Shown here one piece after another: positions 42,735-52,641 of a stretch of DNA of 64,000 nt. The DNA comes from a virus. Positions within the stretch are counted from its first letter, which is position 1. The number at the start of each line of letters is the position of its first letter. Under the pieces are notes generated by a model. The model ran no database searches, was not told where the DNA came from, and saw only the letters and a program-made list of their open reading frames with translations. The stretch covers positions 1-64,000 of the IMG/VR virus record IMGVR_UViG_3300046684_000205, one strand, 5' to 3'. Position numbers and translations under genes: made by a program.

Positions 42735-45700
42735 AAAAACATCGCCGCCTTGCCTTCGACATGTCGTCCTTCATGTGGACGATGATGAGCTGGGGCAAGG
42801 ACAAAGAAAACGGCTTTGAAGTCGAGCACGAAGGCAAGGTCGTCTACATCAACAGCGCCCTGTATGGCTACGACAACACGCTGGGCCGCATGCTCGACGT
42901 GATGAAGCAGTACAAGGCAAACCCGATCGACGTGATCCTGGTGTTCGAAGGCCAGAACAGTAAGGGCAAGCGCCTGCTGATCGACAACCAGTACAAGGGT
43001 GGCGGCGAAAGCAGCCGGCCGCCGCAGGCGTACGCGCAGTTCGAGAAGCTGCGCGAAATGCTCAAGACGACCTTTCGCGAACTCGGCGCCCAGCTGATGT
43101 GGCAGGACTTCGCCGAGGGCGACGACACGCTGGCCTGGCTGGCCCACAACACCGAGGACGACCTGATCGTCGCCACGTTTGACAACGACCTGACGGCGCT
43201 CAATTTGCATCCGAACGCCTACGGCGCGCGCGTCTCGACGTGGATCAACGAGATGTTCGAATACAACAAGTACGGCGTGTTCGACTATCACCTGGTCACT
43301 ACCTACAAGGCGCTGGTCGGCGACAAGTCGGACAACATCAAGGGTTGCCCAGGCTTCGGCGAAAAGGCGTTCGAAAAGCTGTGCGAGAAATACGGCTACG
43401 ACGGCTTGCAGCAGCTGCACGATATGCTGCTCAGGAGCGATCTGTCGCCGCTGGCTGACTTCATTTCAGGTCCGGAAGACAAGCTCCTGCAGCTGATCCT
43501 CGACAACGCGCCGCAGGTGATCCGCTGCTTCGATCTGGCGCGCCTGCGCCCTGAGTGGGTCAACACCATGCGCCAACCGTTGCAGTGGGAGGCCGGCATG
43601 GTGCGCCAGCTGGCGCCCACCGACCACGACCCGCGCCTCAAGTCCTGGTACGGTCGCACGCGGCTGATCACCGGAGCCGTGTTCGAGCAGGCCATCGCCT
43701 GGGCCATGCCATACATCCTGGCGTCACACGAGATTTCGCTCGACATCGAGACCGCGACGCCGGACGAGTCGGACGGGTGGCTGGCCGCGCTGGGCGATCC
43801 GGACGGTGTCGACGTCTTCGGATCCTTCCTGGTTGGCCTGTCGATCACCTTCGGCCCGAACAACCAGTACAGCCTGTACTTCTCGGTGCGCCACGCCGAC
43901 ACCGACAACGTCGACAGCGAGCTGCTGCGCCAGTTCATCGCCTCGATCTCGCAGGAGATCCCGCTGATCATCCAGAACACCTCGTTCGAGCTGACCGTGC
44001 TCTTCAACGAGTGGGGCGCGCGCCAGATGGACAACGGCTACCACGGCTTCCTGCCCAACGTGCTGGACACGAAGTTCGAGGCCAACTATGTCAACGAGAA
44101 CATCCCGGTCGGCCTGAAGGAGCGGTCGCACGGCACCTTGGGCTACCGCCAGCAAACCTACAAGGAGACGTGCGAGATCACGGCGCCGGTGGACCAGCTG
44201 TTCCCGGGCGGGCGCCTGGTGCGCGAGGACTACGTCTACGAGACGATCGGCACCGGCAAGTTCGAGCCGCTGACCGACGAGGAGATCGCCGCCGGCGTCC
44301 AGCCGATGGAGATCACGAAGACGCAGCTGGTGGAAGGTGAAGACGGCCTGCCGGTCGTGGCCACCCAGACGCGCCGCTACAAGATGAACGAGCTGCCGGC
44401 GGCGCACGTGCTTGGCTACGGCGCCGACGACACGATCTGCACGATTGCCCTGCACAACCACTACAAGCTGTTCATGCAGCTGGAGCATAGCTGGCAGACC
44501 TACCTGCAGGTGGAGATCCGCGCGGCCTATCAACACGCAAAGAACTTCATCGACGGTACCGAGATCTCGGTGGCGCGCTGCAAGGAGCTTGAGCGCGAGG
44601 ACGACGCCACCTACGACGCCGCCTGGGCGACGGTGCGTCAGTACCTGATCGAGCAGGGCTGGGCCGGCACCACGCCGCCGTCGTACACGGTCGACATCAC
44701 GCCGGCGCAGATCAAGGAGGCCTACACCATCGTGACTGGCGAAGTGCTGGACACGAGGATGAGGACGCCATCGAAGATCGTGAAGTTTATCGAGTCGACA
44801 ACCGAGCACTTGCAGTTTGCGCGGATGCTGGCCACGCTGATCGAGGCGAAGGCTGCCGGGGAGGAGGCATCGGAGATCGCTGGCCGCATGTTCTCGAAGT
44901 GGGTGTGCAGCTACTTCAAGGGTGAGCCGCAGTTCAACAAGGGTTCGCCGATCCAGATGCAGCGCCTGATGTACGAGGTGATGGGTCTGCCGATCCGCGT
45001 GCGCAACGCGCCGACCGAGGCGATGAAGAAGGCCGGCATCCGCGAGGGCTCGCCGAAGACCGACCTGCTGGCGGTGGCCTACGCCCTGCAGGAGTGCGGC
45101 CCGGAAGAGAAGCCGGTGCTGGAAGCCCTGAAGCTGATGGGCATGGTCACCACGCGCCGCTCGCTCTACTACTCGAAGTATCCGTACTTCACCCACTGGA
45201 AGGACGGCCGCGTGCGCTCCCAGCACAACCAGTGCTCGACCGTGACGCGCCGCGCCAGCGAATCGAAGCCTAACAAGCAGCAGCTGCCCAAGCATCAGAA
45301 GATCGAAGGGCAGGAGGCCAAGTTTCGTGAGGTGATCGTGCCGCACAAGCCCGGCGCCGTGATCGTCTCCATGGACTTCGACTCGCAGGAGATGGTCCTG
45401 ATCGCATTCCAGTCGCAGGACCCGAACGCGCTGTCCTGCTTCCAGGGCGAGAAGCGCAAGTCGCCGCACACCATCACCGCACTGGGTATCGTCCGCGAGG
45501 AGCAGAAGCTGGACTGGTCCTACGAGGATTACGAGGCGGCGCTGGACAAGGCGATGGGCCCTGAGCTGGCCGAGTTGGCCAAGGAAACCCGCAAGCTGGG
45601 CAAGAAGGTGAACTTCACGGCCGAATACGGCGCCATGGCCGAGAAGGTGGCCGCCACGCTGATGGTGTCGGTCGAGCGCGCCCAGATGTTCCTCGACGCG

Positions 45701-46258
45701 CGCGAGGCGATGTACCCGGTCGCCCAGCAGTGGAAGGAAGACATCAAGGCCGAGGTCAAGGAGTTCGGCGTGGTCCGTACCCTGGGCGGCGGCGTGCGCC
45801 ACCTTGCCGACCAGCTGCTCAATGGCACCAACTTCGAGAAGTCGAAAGCGGAGCGCCAGGCGGTCAACTTCAAGGTGCAGGGCCCGGCCGGCGAGCAGAC
45901 CAAGCTTGCGGAAGGCCGGATGTGGGACGACAACCTGTTCTACGACTTCGACGCCGTCTGCTACGGCCCCATCCATGATGAGGTAGTGGCATCCGTGATG
46001 ATCGAGGACCTGCCGGCCTTCCTGCCGCGCATGCACCGCTGCATGACGGCGCCGTTCGCCACGATGGATCTGGAAGTCGTGTCGACCATCTCGTTCGGCC
46101 CGAACTTCTATCGCCAGACCGAGATCGGCGCTTACCCGACGCCTGAAGCTATCCGTGACGGTCTGCTCGAGATGCACCTCGGGATGATCGCCCGCGGCGA
46201 GACCACATGGGAGCAGTCGCGGATCGAAAATGAAGCCAAACTTTTGGAGGCAGCATGA
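42731..46258 (+). CDS. polA: Family A DNA polymerase with 5'-3' and 3'-5' exonuclease domains
   Basis: EGDD, ALVGDKSDNIKGCPGFG, LDIET, YGADD, MDFDSQE, KKVNFTAEYG, IHDE. Confidence 0.95.
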   Translation: MKKHRRLAFDMSSFMWTMMSWGKDKENGFEVEHEGKVVYINSALYGYDNTLGRMLDVMKQYKANPIDVILVFEGQNSKGKRLLIDNQYKGGGESSRPPQAYAQFEKLREMLKTTFRELGAQLMWQDFAEGDDTLAWLAHNTEDDLIVATFDNDLTALNLHPNAYGARVSTWINEMFEYNKYGVFDYHLVTTYKALVGDKSDNIKGCPGFGEKAFEKLCEKYGYDGLQQLHDMLLRSDLSPLADFISGPEDKLLQLILDNAPQVIRCFDLARLRPEWVNTMRQPLQWEAGMVRQLAPTDHDPRLKSWYGRTRLITGAVFEQAIAWAMPYILASHEISLDIETATPDESDGWLAALGDPDGVDVFGSFLVGLSITFGPNNQYSLYFSVRHADTDNVDSELLRQFIASISQEIPLIIQNTSFELTVLFNEWGARQMDNGYHGFLPNVLDTKFEANYVNENIPVGLKERSHGTLGYRQQTYKETCEITAPVDQLFPGGRLVREDYVYETIGTGKFEPLTDEEIAAGVQPMEITKTQLVEGEDGLPVVATQTRRYKMNELPAAHVLGYGADDTICTIALHNHYKLFMQLEHSWQTYLQVEIRAAYQHAKNFIDGTEISVARCKELEREDDATYDAAWATVRQYLIEQGWAGTTPPSYTVDITPAQIKEAYTIVTGEVLDTRMRTPSKIVKFIESTTEHLQFARMLATLIEAKAAGEEASEIAGRMFSKWVCSYFKGEPQFNKGSPIQMQRLMYEVMGLPIRVRNAPTEAMKKAGIREGSPKTDLLAVAYALQECGPEEKPVLEALKLMGMVTTRRSLYYSKYPYFTHWKDGRVRSQHNQCSTVTRRASESKPNKQQLPKHQKIEGQEAKFREVIVPHKPGAVIVSMDFDSQEMVLIAFQSQDPNALSCFQGEKRKSPHTITALGIVREEQKLDWSYEDYEAALDKAMGPELAELAKETRKLGKKVNFTAEYGAMAEKVAATLMVSVERAQMFLDAREAMYPVAQQWKEDIKAEVKEFGVVRTLGGGVRHLADQLLNGTNFEKSKAERQAVNFKVQGPAGEQTKLAEGRMWDDNLFYDFDAVCYGPIHDEVVASVMIEDLPAFLPRMHRCMTAPFATMDLEVVSTISFGPNFYRQTEIGAYPTPEAIRDGLLEMHLGMIARGETTWEQSRIENEAKLLEAA

Positions 46259-46539
46259 AAGCGCAGCTGAAGCGAAACGAAATCTTTACCTTGACTGTGG
46301 GCGGCCTGACGCTCGCCAATCTGATGGCTGAATCGCACTGGGAAGGGCTCACCAAACTGGTGACGTCGGATGGGCAGATCCTGATCGTATCCGGCCTGAA
46401 GAAGGGCGGCATCGGCGAAACCTTCGATGCCATCTTCGGCGACATCTTCGGGCGCGGTAACGACTCGGATGTGGTGATCCACATGGCCTCACCCAAGCTG
46501 TCGCTGATGCTCAGGGAATCGATGAAGGAGACGGCATGA
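46255..46539 (+). CDS. Hypothetical protein
   Basis: ATGA-coupled. Confidence 0.65.
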   Translation: MKAQLKRNEIFTLTVGGLTLANLMAESHWEGLTKLVTSDGQILIVSGLKKGGIGETFDAIFGDIFGRGNDSDVVIHMASPKLSLMLRESMKETA

Positions 46540-46889
46540 GGGATACCGTCGCCGCCGCGGTCGCCCGCACCCTGGGCATCTCGTCGAAGCTGATCTCGGG
46601 ATGGTCGCTGGAGGCGCGGCAGGACGGCCGTCGAGGCGCGCCAGGCATGCTGACCACGCATCTGCAGGTCAAGGTCGAAGCTGACCGCGACACGTTATAC
46701 CGGCTGCAGATAGGCCAGCACCGGGGCAGTTGGGCACTGAACAGTGTCTACGCCGATTCGGCCCGTCCGTTCGATGTTGCAGCGCGCCTCGACGTGGTCC
46801 TCCTGTACGGCAAGGAGACGCAGCACATTTTCAAGTCGCTGGCCCAGATGACGACCTACCGGCGCAACCAGAAAGGGAGAAGGCGATGA
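46536..46889 (+). CDS. Hypothetical protein
   Basis: ATGA-coupled. Confidence 0.65.
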   Translation: MRDTVAAAVARTLGISSKLISGWSLEARQDGRRGAPGMLTTHLQVKVEADRDTLYRLQIGQHRGSWALNSVYADSARPFDVAARLDVVLLYGKETQHIFKSLAQMTTYRRNQKGRRR

Positions 46890-47251
46890 ACAACGCCCTC
46901 ATCCAGACCGGCCGCACCACGCGCACGATCGAGAAGGCGGTGCAGCTGGCGAGTGCTGGCCGTGCTGTCTATGTGCTGGTGTCGCAGCAGAGCCACATCA
47001 AGGGCATGGAGCACCGGATACAGGAGGTCTGGGACTACCTGTACGCCGGCCGCGGGCCGCACGGCATCAAGGTCGAAGGTCCGAAGAGCGGTACCGGCTT
47101 CGACTGGGATCGGCTGCGCGTGCCCGGCGCCCACCCGAACTGCGAGTTCCTGCTCGATCACGATCTGGTCGAGCGCCGCATCGAGGAACTGCACGACCAG
47201 ATGGCCGACCTTGCGAAAGAGATCGGCCGCCTCTACCCGCTTACTGTATAA
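46886..47251 (+). CDS. Hypothetical protein with degenerate P-loop-like start
   Basis: QTGRTT followed by helix and AVYVLV strand. Confidence 0.65.
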   Translation: MNNALIQTGRTTRTIEKAVQLASAGRAVYVLVSQQSHIKGMEHRIQEVWDYLYAGRGPHGIKVEGPKSGTGFDWDRLRVPGAHPNCEFLLDHDLVERRIEELHDQMADLAKEIGRLYPLTV

Positions 47252-47299
47252 CCACCCAGCCCGGCCGCCGCGCCGGACATCAACCCGAGAAAGAAGAAG

Positions 47300-47512
47300 A
47301 TGAGCAAACCCAAAATCACCGTCACCATAAGCGGCCCGACCGGGTCCGGCAAGTCCACGCTGGCGCGGTATCTCGCGGCGGACCTGAAGATCCGCCACGG
47401 CGTCGACGTCAAGCTGATCGACGACCATCACGAGCAGCCACTGTCGACCTCGACCCACCACCTGCCGTACACTTTCGGCGCCGAAGTCACCATCGACGTG
47501 GAGCAAAAATAA
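47300..47512 (+). CDS. 70-aa minimal P-loop protein
   Basis: ISGPTGSGKSTLA. Confidence 0.7.
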   Translation: MSKPKITVTISGPTGSGKSTLARYLAADLKIRHGVDVKLIDDHHEQPLSTSTHHLPYTFGAEVTIDVEQK

Positions 47513-48501
47513 TGACGACCCAGATCCTCCCGCAGCTCGCCGTCGATATCGATCCAGACTGCGCCACCGCCCGCTTCCCGCTCTGGGGCTTCGTCAAGGT
47601 CGACGGTGCCCGCGGCTGCCGCGTGACCGGCACCTTTACCGGCCGCTCGCTCAAACCCTTGGGTAACCTGGGCCTGATCGAGAAGTTCGGCGGCCCGGCC
47701 TACGAAGGCTTCGACGGCGAGCTGACGATCAACGGCTACCTGCGCGACTGCGAGATCCCGGCCGAACTCTCCGCGCCGGACAAGCCCGGCGACGCGCCGA
47801 AGACGCTGTGTGGCCTGTCCACTGGCATCCTGGCGAAAAAGAAGATCGAAAAGGGTGAGACCGAATTCCCGACCAACCTGGTGTGGAACCTGTTCGACTA
47901 TCTGCATCCGACGGTGATCGGCCTGTCATACCAGGAGCGCTACGAGGCGCTGCAGTATGTCGCGAGCGGCCTGCCGGACGTGCACGTGCTGCCCTACGCC
48001 GTCATCAACAATCCCGAGGAGGCCCAGGCCTTCATCGACAAGTGTCTGCTCGAAGGGTACGAGGGCGCCATCTTCCGCGACCCGACTGCGCGCCACAAGC
48101 ACGGCCGCGCCACCGCCAAGGGCAACGACTTCTGGCGCTTCAAGCCTGCCTCGCGCAAGGATTGCATCATCACCGGCTTCGAGGAAGCCATGCAGAACAA
48201 CAACGAGGCCAAGACCAACGCGCTGGGCCGCACCGAACGCAGCACCGCCAAGGCTGGCCTGGTTGGCAAGGGCATGATCGGCACTTTCCTCGCCACCGAC
48301 GTCGCCACCGGCGAGCCGATCCGCTTGGGGCCGGGCAGCGCCACGCACCAGCAGCGCATCGACTGGTTCAACGACCCGACCCAGATCTGCGGCTGGCCGG
48401 CCGAATACGTCTCGCTCGACACCGGCGTGAAGGACGCGCCGCGTCAGGCACGCTTCTTCCGCCGGCGCGAGAAGAACGACCAGGCCGTGGAGGCAGCGTG
48501 A
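47512..48501 (+). CDS. ATP-dependent DNA ligase
   Basis: KVDGAR, FDGEL, FDYL, EGAIFR, WRFK. Confidence 0.9.
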   Translation: MTTQILPQLAVDIDPDCATARFPLWGFVKVDGARGCRVTGTFTGRSLKPLGNLGLIEKFGGPAYEGFDGELTINGYLRDCEIPAELSAPDKPGDAPKTLCGLSTGILAKKKIEKGETEFPTNLVWNLFDYLHPTVIGLSYQERYEALQYVASGLPDVHVLPYAVINNPEEAQAFIDKCLLEGYEGAIFRDPTARHKHGRATAKGNDFWRFKPASRKDCIITGFEEAMQNNNEAKTNALGRTERSTAKAGLVGKGMIGTFLATDVATGEPIRLGPGSATHQQRIDWFNDPTQICGWPAEYVSLDTGVKDAPRQARFFRRREKNDQAVEAA

Positions 48502-48836
48502 ACGCTCCGCTCTCGCACATCCAACCTGGCGACAAGGTGCTGGTCAACTGCGACAACTGGTTCGTCGGGCCGGATGGTCGCGAGTACCGGGCCGCCTTCG
48601 GCACGGTGCGCGCGGTGCGCACCTCTGAGGAGTCGCTCGGCGTGCGCACCAATGCGCGCAGCACGAACTGGTACCTCGAGGTCGGTAACATGACGATTGC
48701 TGGCTGCCAGATCCATTACATCGTGAAGACGCAGACCTGCCACCTGGGCCCGGCGCCCGCCTGGACCACGCACGAGGGTCGGTCGGTAATCGATACGGCG
48801 CCGTCGAAAATCTACAACGCAGACACGAAAGACTGA
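48498..48836 (+). CDS. Conserved phage hypothetical protein (DNWFVGPDG...IAGCQIHY)
   Basis: GTGA-coupled; GGAGG RBS. Confidence 0.75.
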   Translation: MNAPLSHIQPGDKVLVNCDNWFVGPDGREYRAAFGTVRAVRTSEESLGVRTNARSTNWYLEVGNMTIAGCQIHYIVKTQTCHLGPAPAWTTHEGRSVIDTAPSKIYNADTKD

Positions 48837-48837
48837 A

Positions 48838-49731
48838 ATGGAACAAAATTACCTGAACCTCCTGCAGAATATCCTCGACAACGGCGTCAAGCAGTCGAAC
48901 CGCACTGGCATCAATTCCTACACCCTGCCGGGTGAGACGCTCAAGTTCGATCTGCGCGATGGCTTCCCGGCCATCACCACGAAAAAGCTGTTCTTCGACG
49001 CCGTCAAGGGCGAACTGATCGGCTTCCTGCGTGGCTGTACGTCGGCGGCCGACTTCCGCGCGCTGGGCTGCAACATCTGGGATCAGAACGCCAACGAGAA
49101 TGCGGCGTGGCTGGCCAGCCCGGCGCGCCGCGGCGAGGACGACCTTGGCCGGATCTACGGCGCGCAGTGGCGCGACTTCGGCATTGCCGGTGGCGTGACG
49201 CGTGTCGACCAGATCGCTGCCGCCCTGGACCTCGTGCGCAACGAACCGACGAACCGCCGTATCCTCGTCAACGCCTGGAACCCGGCCGAGATCGACAAGG
49301 CCGCGCTGCCGCCCTGCCACGTGTTGTTCCAGCTGCTGCCGCACGTCGACTCGAAGGTGCTGCACATGACGATGTACCAGCGCAGCTGCGACATGTTCCT
49401 CGGCGTGCCCTTCAACATCGCCAGCTACGCGCTGCTGCTCGAGCTGTTCGCCACCTGGACCGGCTACACCGCCGGCACGCTGACGATGTTCCTGGCCGAT
49501 GCCCACATCTACGAGAATCACGTCGACCAGGTGCGCGAGCAGCTGACGCGTGAGGTGCTGCCGGCGCCGCGACTGTCTCTGATCCTGCGAGATGGCCTTG
49601 ACGGCCGCGCGCCGGGCGAGTTCCCGACGATGGCGTCACTGGACGATCTGCTGCGTCATCTGCATCCGGACGACATTCAGCTGGTCGATTATCAATCCCA
49701 CGCGGCGATCAAAGCGCCGATGGCTGTATGA
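48838..49731 (+). CDS. thyA: Thymidylate synthase
   Basis: NRTG, LPPCH, YQRSCDMFLGVPFNIASY, DAHIYENH. Confidence 0.97.
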   Translation: MEQNYLNLLQNILDNGVKQSNRTGINSYTLPGETLKFDLRDGFPAITTKKLFFDAVKGELIGFLRGCTSAADFRALGCNIWDQNANENAAWLASPARRGEDDLGRIYGAQWRDFGIAGGVTRVDQIAAALDLVRNEPTNRRILVNAWNPAEIDKAALPPCHVLFQLLPHVDSKVLHMTMYQRSCDMFLGVPFNIASYALLLELFATWTGYTAGTLTMFLADAHIYENHVDQVREQLTREVLPAPRLSLILRDGLDGRAPGEFPTMASLDDLLRHLHPDDIQLVDYQSHAAIKAPMAV

Positions 49732-49952
49732 GCGGGCCGGCTACAAACGAAGTCGTTGTCCAGCTCGACACTATCGGCAGCATGCTGACCCATTCGGTCG
49801 ACGAGCTGCTTAAGGCGCGGCACGCGCTGCGTGCGCTGCAGGAGCTATTCCTGCCTCATGGCGACGTGACGGTCGACGCAGGGCAGATCTGGCACGTGCT
49901 CGAGACGATCGACGACCACCTTCACAACGCCCTCGGCAAACTGGGAGACTGA
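49728..49952 (+). CDS. Hypothetical protein
   Basis: ATGA-coupled. Confidence 0.6.
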   Translation: MSGPATNEVVVQLDTIGSMLTHSVDELLKARHALRALQELFLPHGDVTVDAGQIWHVLETIDDHLHNALGKLGD

Positions 49953-49953
49953 T

Positions 49954-50424
49954 ATGGCAACAAGCATAGGACAGCGCGGCAAGTGGGCTGAGGGGAGGGT
50001 GTCTGACTGGATGAGGGCGCGCAGTGAAGCTGATGTGCGCTTTGCCTACAACCGCTACCCAGATGCCCGGGCTGGCAGCCTGCAGTCGGCGCCATCGGAC
50101 TTCGAAGCGTCGCTGCGGGGTACCGGCCACTTCAAGGTCGAGGTGAAGGAAGTCAAGATCACCGCTGCCAGCACTCGGCGCGTGCCGGAGAAGAACTTTT
50201 CGGCCGATAAGATCGCGCGCATGTGGAAGTGGGAGCTGGCCGGCGACGAGTGTTGGGTGGTGGTTTGCCATCGTATCGAAGGCCGCGGCGGTGTACAGGA
50301 GTGGCGCCTCGTGCCACTCCGCCATTTTCGCGAGAAGGCGGCGTCCTGGGATGTTGCGGCTTTTCCGTTCCACACATCAGTCGACGCCGTAATGTTGCAG
50401 CTTTTCGGCACGATCAGTCGTTGA
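49954..50424 (+). CDS. PD-(D/E)XK nuclease, putative RecU-like Holliday junction resolvase
   Basis: GKWAE, PSDF, VEVKE. Confidence 0.7.
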   Translation: MATSIGQRGKWAEGRVSDWMRARSEADVRFAYNRYPDARAGSLQSAPSDFEASLRGTGHFKVEVKEVKITAASTRRVPEKNFSADKIARMWKWELAGDECWVVVCHRIEGRGGVQEWRLVPLRHFREKAASWDVAAFPFHTSVDAVMLQLFGTISR

Positions 50425-50449
50425 CGGCAGGCAAACTTTCCCTGAAAAT
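50421..50449 (+). promoter_or_regulatory. Possible promoter TTGACG-N17-GAAAAT
   Basis: 17-bp spacer but weak -10. Confidence 0.35.
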
Positions 50450-50454
50450 GACAG

Positions 50455-50478
50455 AGAGGCCCTCCGGGGCCTCTTTCC
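50455..50478 (+). terminator. Hairpin AGAGGCCC-TCCG-GGGCCTCT, possible terminator
   Basis: 8-bp stem with a short T run. Confidence 0.55.
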
Positions 50479-50499
50479 ACACCCCCACCACGAGAGACT

Positions 50500-51141
50500 A
50501 TGAGCATCCCTGCAGGTACAACGTTCGGCCGTTTGACGGTGCTTGGGCGCGACGCCGAGCGTTCAGCAAACCCTAGGCGAAAGCAGTTCTATCGCGTGCG
50601 CTGTGTTTGCGGAGTCGAAAAGTCCGCGGAGGGTTGGGCACTCGGCGCCAGCTATATTGTCTCTTGCGGCTGCAAGAAGAAAGAGCACAGCCTACGGCAC
50701 GGCAAGCGGAGGATCGGCAGTAAGGATCCGACGTACCAGACCTGGGACAACATGATTCAGCGCTGCACTAACCCCAACCGCGAGGAGTACCCGTATTACG
50801 GTGGGCGTGGTATTGCCGTGTGCGAGCGCTGGAAGACCTTCGCCAACTTTCTCGCGGATATGGGTGAGCGCCCTGACGGGACTGAGATCGAGCGGGAACG
50901 GAACGAGGAGGGCTACCTTCCTGGCAACTGCGTATGGGCGACGCGCGCAGGGCAGATGCTGAACACACGGAGGACGCACATCGTGATTTTCGACGGTGAG
51001 GCATTGCCGCTAGTTGTGCTGGCCCGTAGATTGGGCCTACCTAAAGAGAAAACCCGCTGGCGCCACAGGCATGGCTGGTCTCTCGAAGAGATTATCAACA
51101 ATAAAAGGAATAAGTTATGGCCCACACACTCACCTGCGTAA
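50500..51141 (+). CDS. HNH-related free-standing homing-endonuclease-like protein
   Basis: FGRLTV, CVCG, SCGC, W.NMIQRC, YGGRGI.VCERW, GNCVWAT; atypical codon usage. Confidence 0.8.
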   Translation: MSIPAGTTFGRLTVLGRDAERSANPRRKQFYRVRCVCGVEKSAEGWALGASYIVSCGCKKKEHSLRHGKRRIGSKDPTYQTWDNMIQRCTNPNREEYPYYGGRGIAVCERWKTFANFLADMGERPDGTEIERERNEEGYLPGNCVWATRAGQMLNTRRTHIVIFDGEALPLVVLARRLGLPKEKTRWRHRHGWSLEEIINNKRNKLWPTHSPA

Positions 51142-52178
51142 GCGACTGGCATCTGGGCGCCATCCGTAGCGCCGGTACCACGCCAGCGACAGCCTACCAG
51201 CTGCGCCAGGACCTGCTGGCGGCTGGTGGCCGGATCCTCGAAAAGACAAAAGGCGATCTGTTAGTCAACGGCGATCTGTTCGACGGCCCGGACATCCCGC
51301 GCGCAGACTTGCTGCAGGCGATCCGCATGTTCAGCGACTGGCTCGACGAAAACCCGACCAGCCGCCTGCTCCTCGCCAACGGCAACCACGATCTCGACAA
51401 GAACTCGACGCGCCTGTCGTCCTTCCAGTTCTTCGCCCAACTGCTGATGGGGCAATACCCGCAACGCGTGACGCACGTCGAGGAAGGCACCAGCATCATC
51501 GAGCACGACGCCTACGTGATCCCCCATCGCGCCAACCAGGATCTGTTCAACATCGAGCTGGCCAATGTCCCGCCGTGCCGCTTCCTGTTCGTGCACGCCA
51601 ACTACGACAACCAGTTTGCGGTCGAATCCGACCACTCGCTGAATCTGTCGAAAGAGCAGGCCCAGCAGCTGCCGGTCGAATACATCGTGTTCGGCCACGA
51701 GCATCAGGCGCGCACCGAGCTGGGTGGCAAGGTCGTGATCGTCGGAAACCAGTTCCCGAGTTCGATCAGCGACTGCCTGGGCAATACGGACAAGCAGCTG
51801 CTGCGCATCGCGGACGGCAAATACAGCCTGCACACGACCTGGCAGGATATTGACGAGCGTACCGGCAAGATCGACTACACCGAGCAGGACTGGCGGGAGC
51901 TGGTCGACGTCGGCCGCTTCATTCGCGTGACCGGCCACGCCACGGCCGCCGAAGCCGACAAGGTCGTGACGGTGCTGGGGCGCTTCCGGCGCGAAGCTGA
52001 CGCCCTGGTCATCACCAACGCGGTGAAGATCGAAGGCATCGACGACGGCGCCGAGATGACGCTGTCGCACGAGGAGGTCACGTCCTTCAACGTGATGGAG
52101 GCGCTGCGCGAATTCCTCGGGCCCGATGACGCGGCCGAGATCGACAAAATTATGGGAGAACAAGATGCAGTTTCCTGA
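51117..52178 (+). CDS. SbcD/Mre11-like nuclease
   Basis: SDWHLG, GDLFD, GNHD, GHEH; upstream of SbcC. Confidence 0.85.
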   Translation: MAHTLTCVSDWHLGAIRSAGTTPATAYQLRQDLLAAGGRILEKTKGDLLVNGDLFDGPDIPRADLLQAIRMFSDWLDENPTSRLLLANGNHDLDKNSTRLSSFQFFAQLLMGQYPQRVTHVEEGTSIIEHDAYVIPHRANQDLFNIELANVPPCRFLFVHANYDNQFAVESDHSLNLSKEQAQQLPVEYIVFGHEHQARTELGGKVVIVGNQFPSSISDCLGNTDKQLLRIADGKYSLHTTWQDIDERTGKIDYTEQDWRELVDVGRFIRVTGHATAAEADKVVTVLGRFRREADALVITNAVKIEGIDDGAEMTLSHEEVTSFNVMEALREFLGPDDAAEIDKIMGEQDAVS

Positions 52179-52458
52179 AGCGGACTACCTGCGGTATGAC
52201 CCTTGCGAAGGGAGTGACGCCGTCATCACCCTTCGCAAAGTAAAGCTGCGGACGGCGCGTATATCGCATGCCTGCTTCCTCGGCACCGCACCAGGCGGTG
52301 ACAACCATCAGATCCAGCCTGGGGAGATATATCGCTCTGAACGTGCACTCGTAGATGGCGATTACTGGGGCCACTACAAAGTGTGCGTGCCCTGCATGGA
52401 TAAATGGCTTGCTGATGTCGGCCGCCCAGTTAAAAAGGAAGAAAGCAATGCTGCTTAA
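52165..52458 (+). CDS. Hypothetical Zn-binding protein
   Basis: TARISHAC...IQPGEIY...CVPC. Confidence 0.7.
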   Translation: MQFPEADYLRYDPCEGSDAVITLRKVKLRTARISHACFLGTAPGGDNHQIQPGEIYRSERALVDGDYWGHYKVCVPCMDKWLADVGRPVKKEESNAA

Positions 52459-52639
52459 CCTGCTCAAGGCCGCGACCGCGGTTGTCGTCACGCCGTTCGC
52501 CGTTGTCGTCGACACCGTGATGTTCATCCCCGATGCCTGCTCGTACGACAAAAAGCGCGATCTGCCCTACAGCCGCACTGGCGCCTTGCTGAAGGCCGCC
52601 GGCGAAGCCGTCACCGACGCTGTCACACTGGACAAATAA
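52448..52639 (+). CDS. Small hydrophobic protein
   Basis: LLKAATAVVVTPFAVVVD. Confidence 0.65.
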   Translation: MLLNLLKAATAVVVTPFAVVVDTVMFIPDACSYDKKRDLPYSRTGALLKAAGEAVTDAVTLDK

Positions 52640-52641
52640 TC

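Noticed and set aside
43724-46177. 817-aa minus-strand ORF (also 36173-37903 and 33081-34709)
   Set aside because: Antisense shadows of the polymerase, primase and helicase genes; no RBS or domain signal.
42731-46258. Intein or intron in the long polymerase
   Set aside because: The length is explained by the 5'-3' exonuclease and insertions; no intein splice-junction (C...HN) or LAGLIDADG motifs seen, and the frame is uninterrupted.
48838-49731. ThyA as a possible hypermodification enzyme (dCMP or dUMP hydroxymethylase)
   Set aside because: It keeps the canonical PFNIASY Asn and full ThyA motifs, and no glycosyl- or amino-transferase partners are seen.
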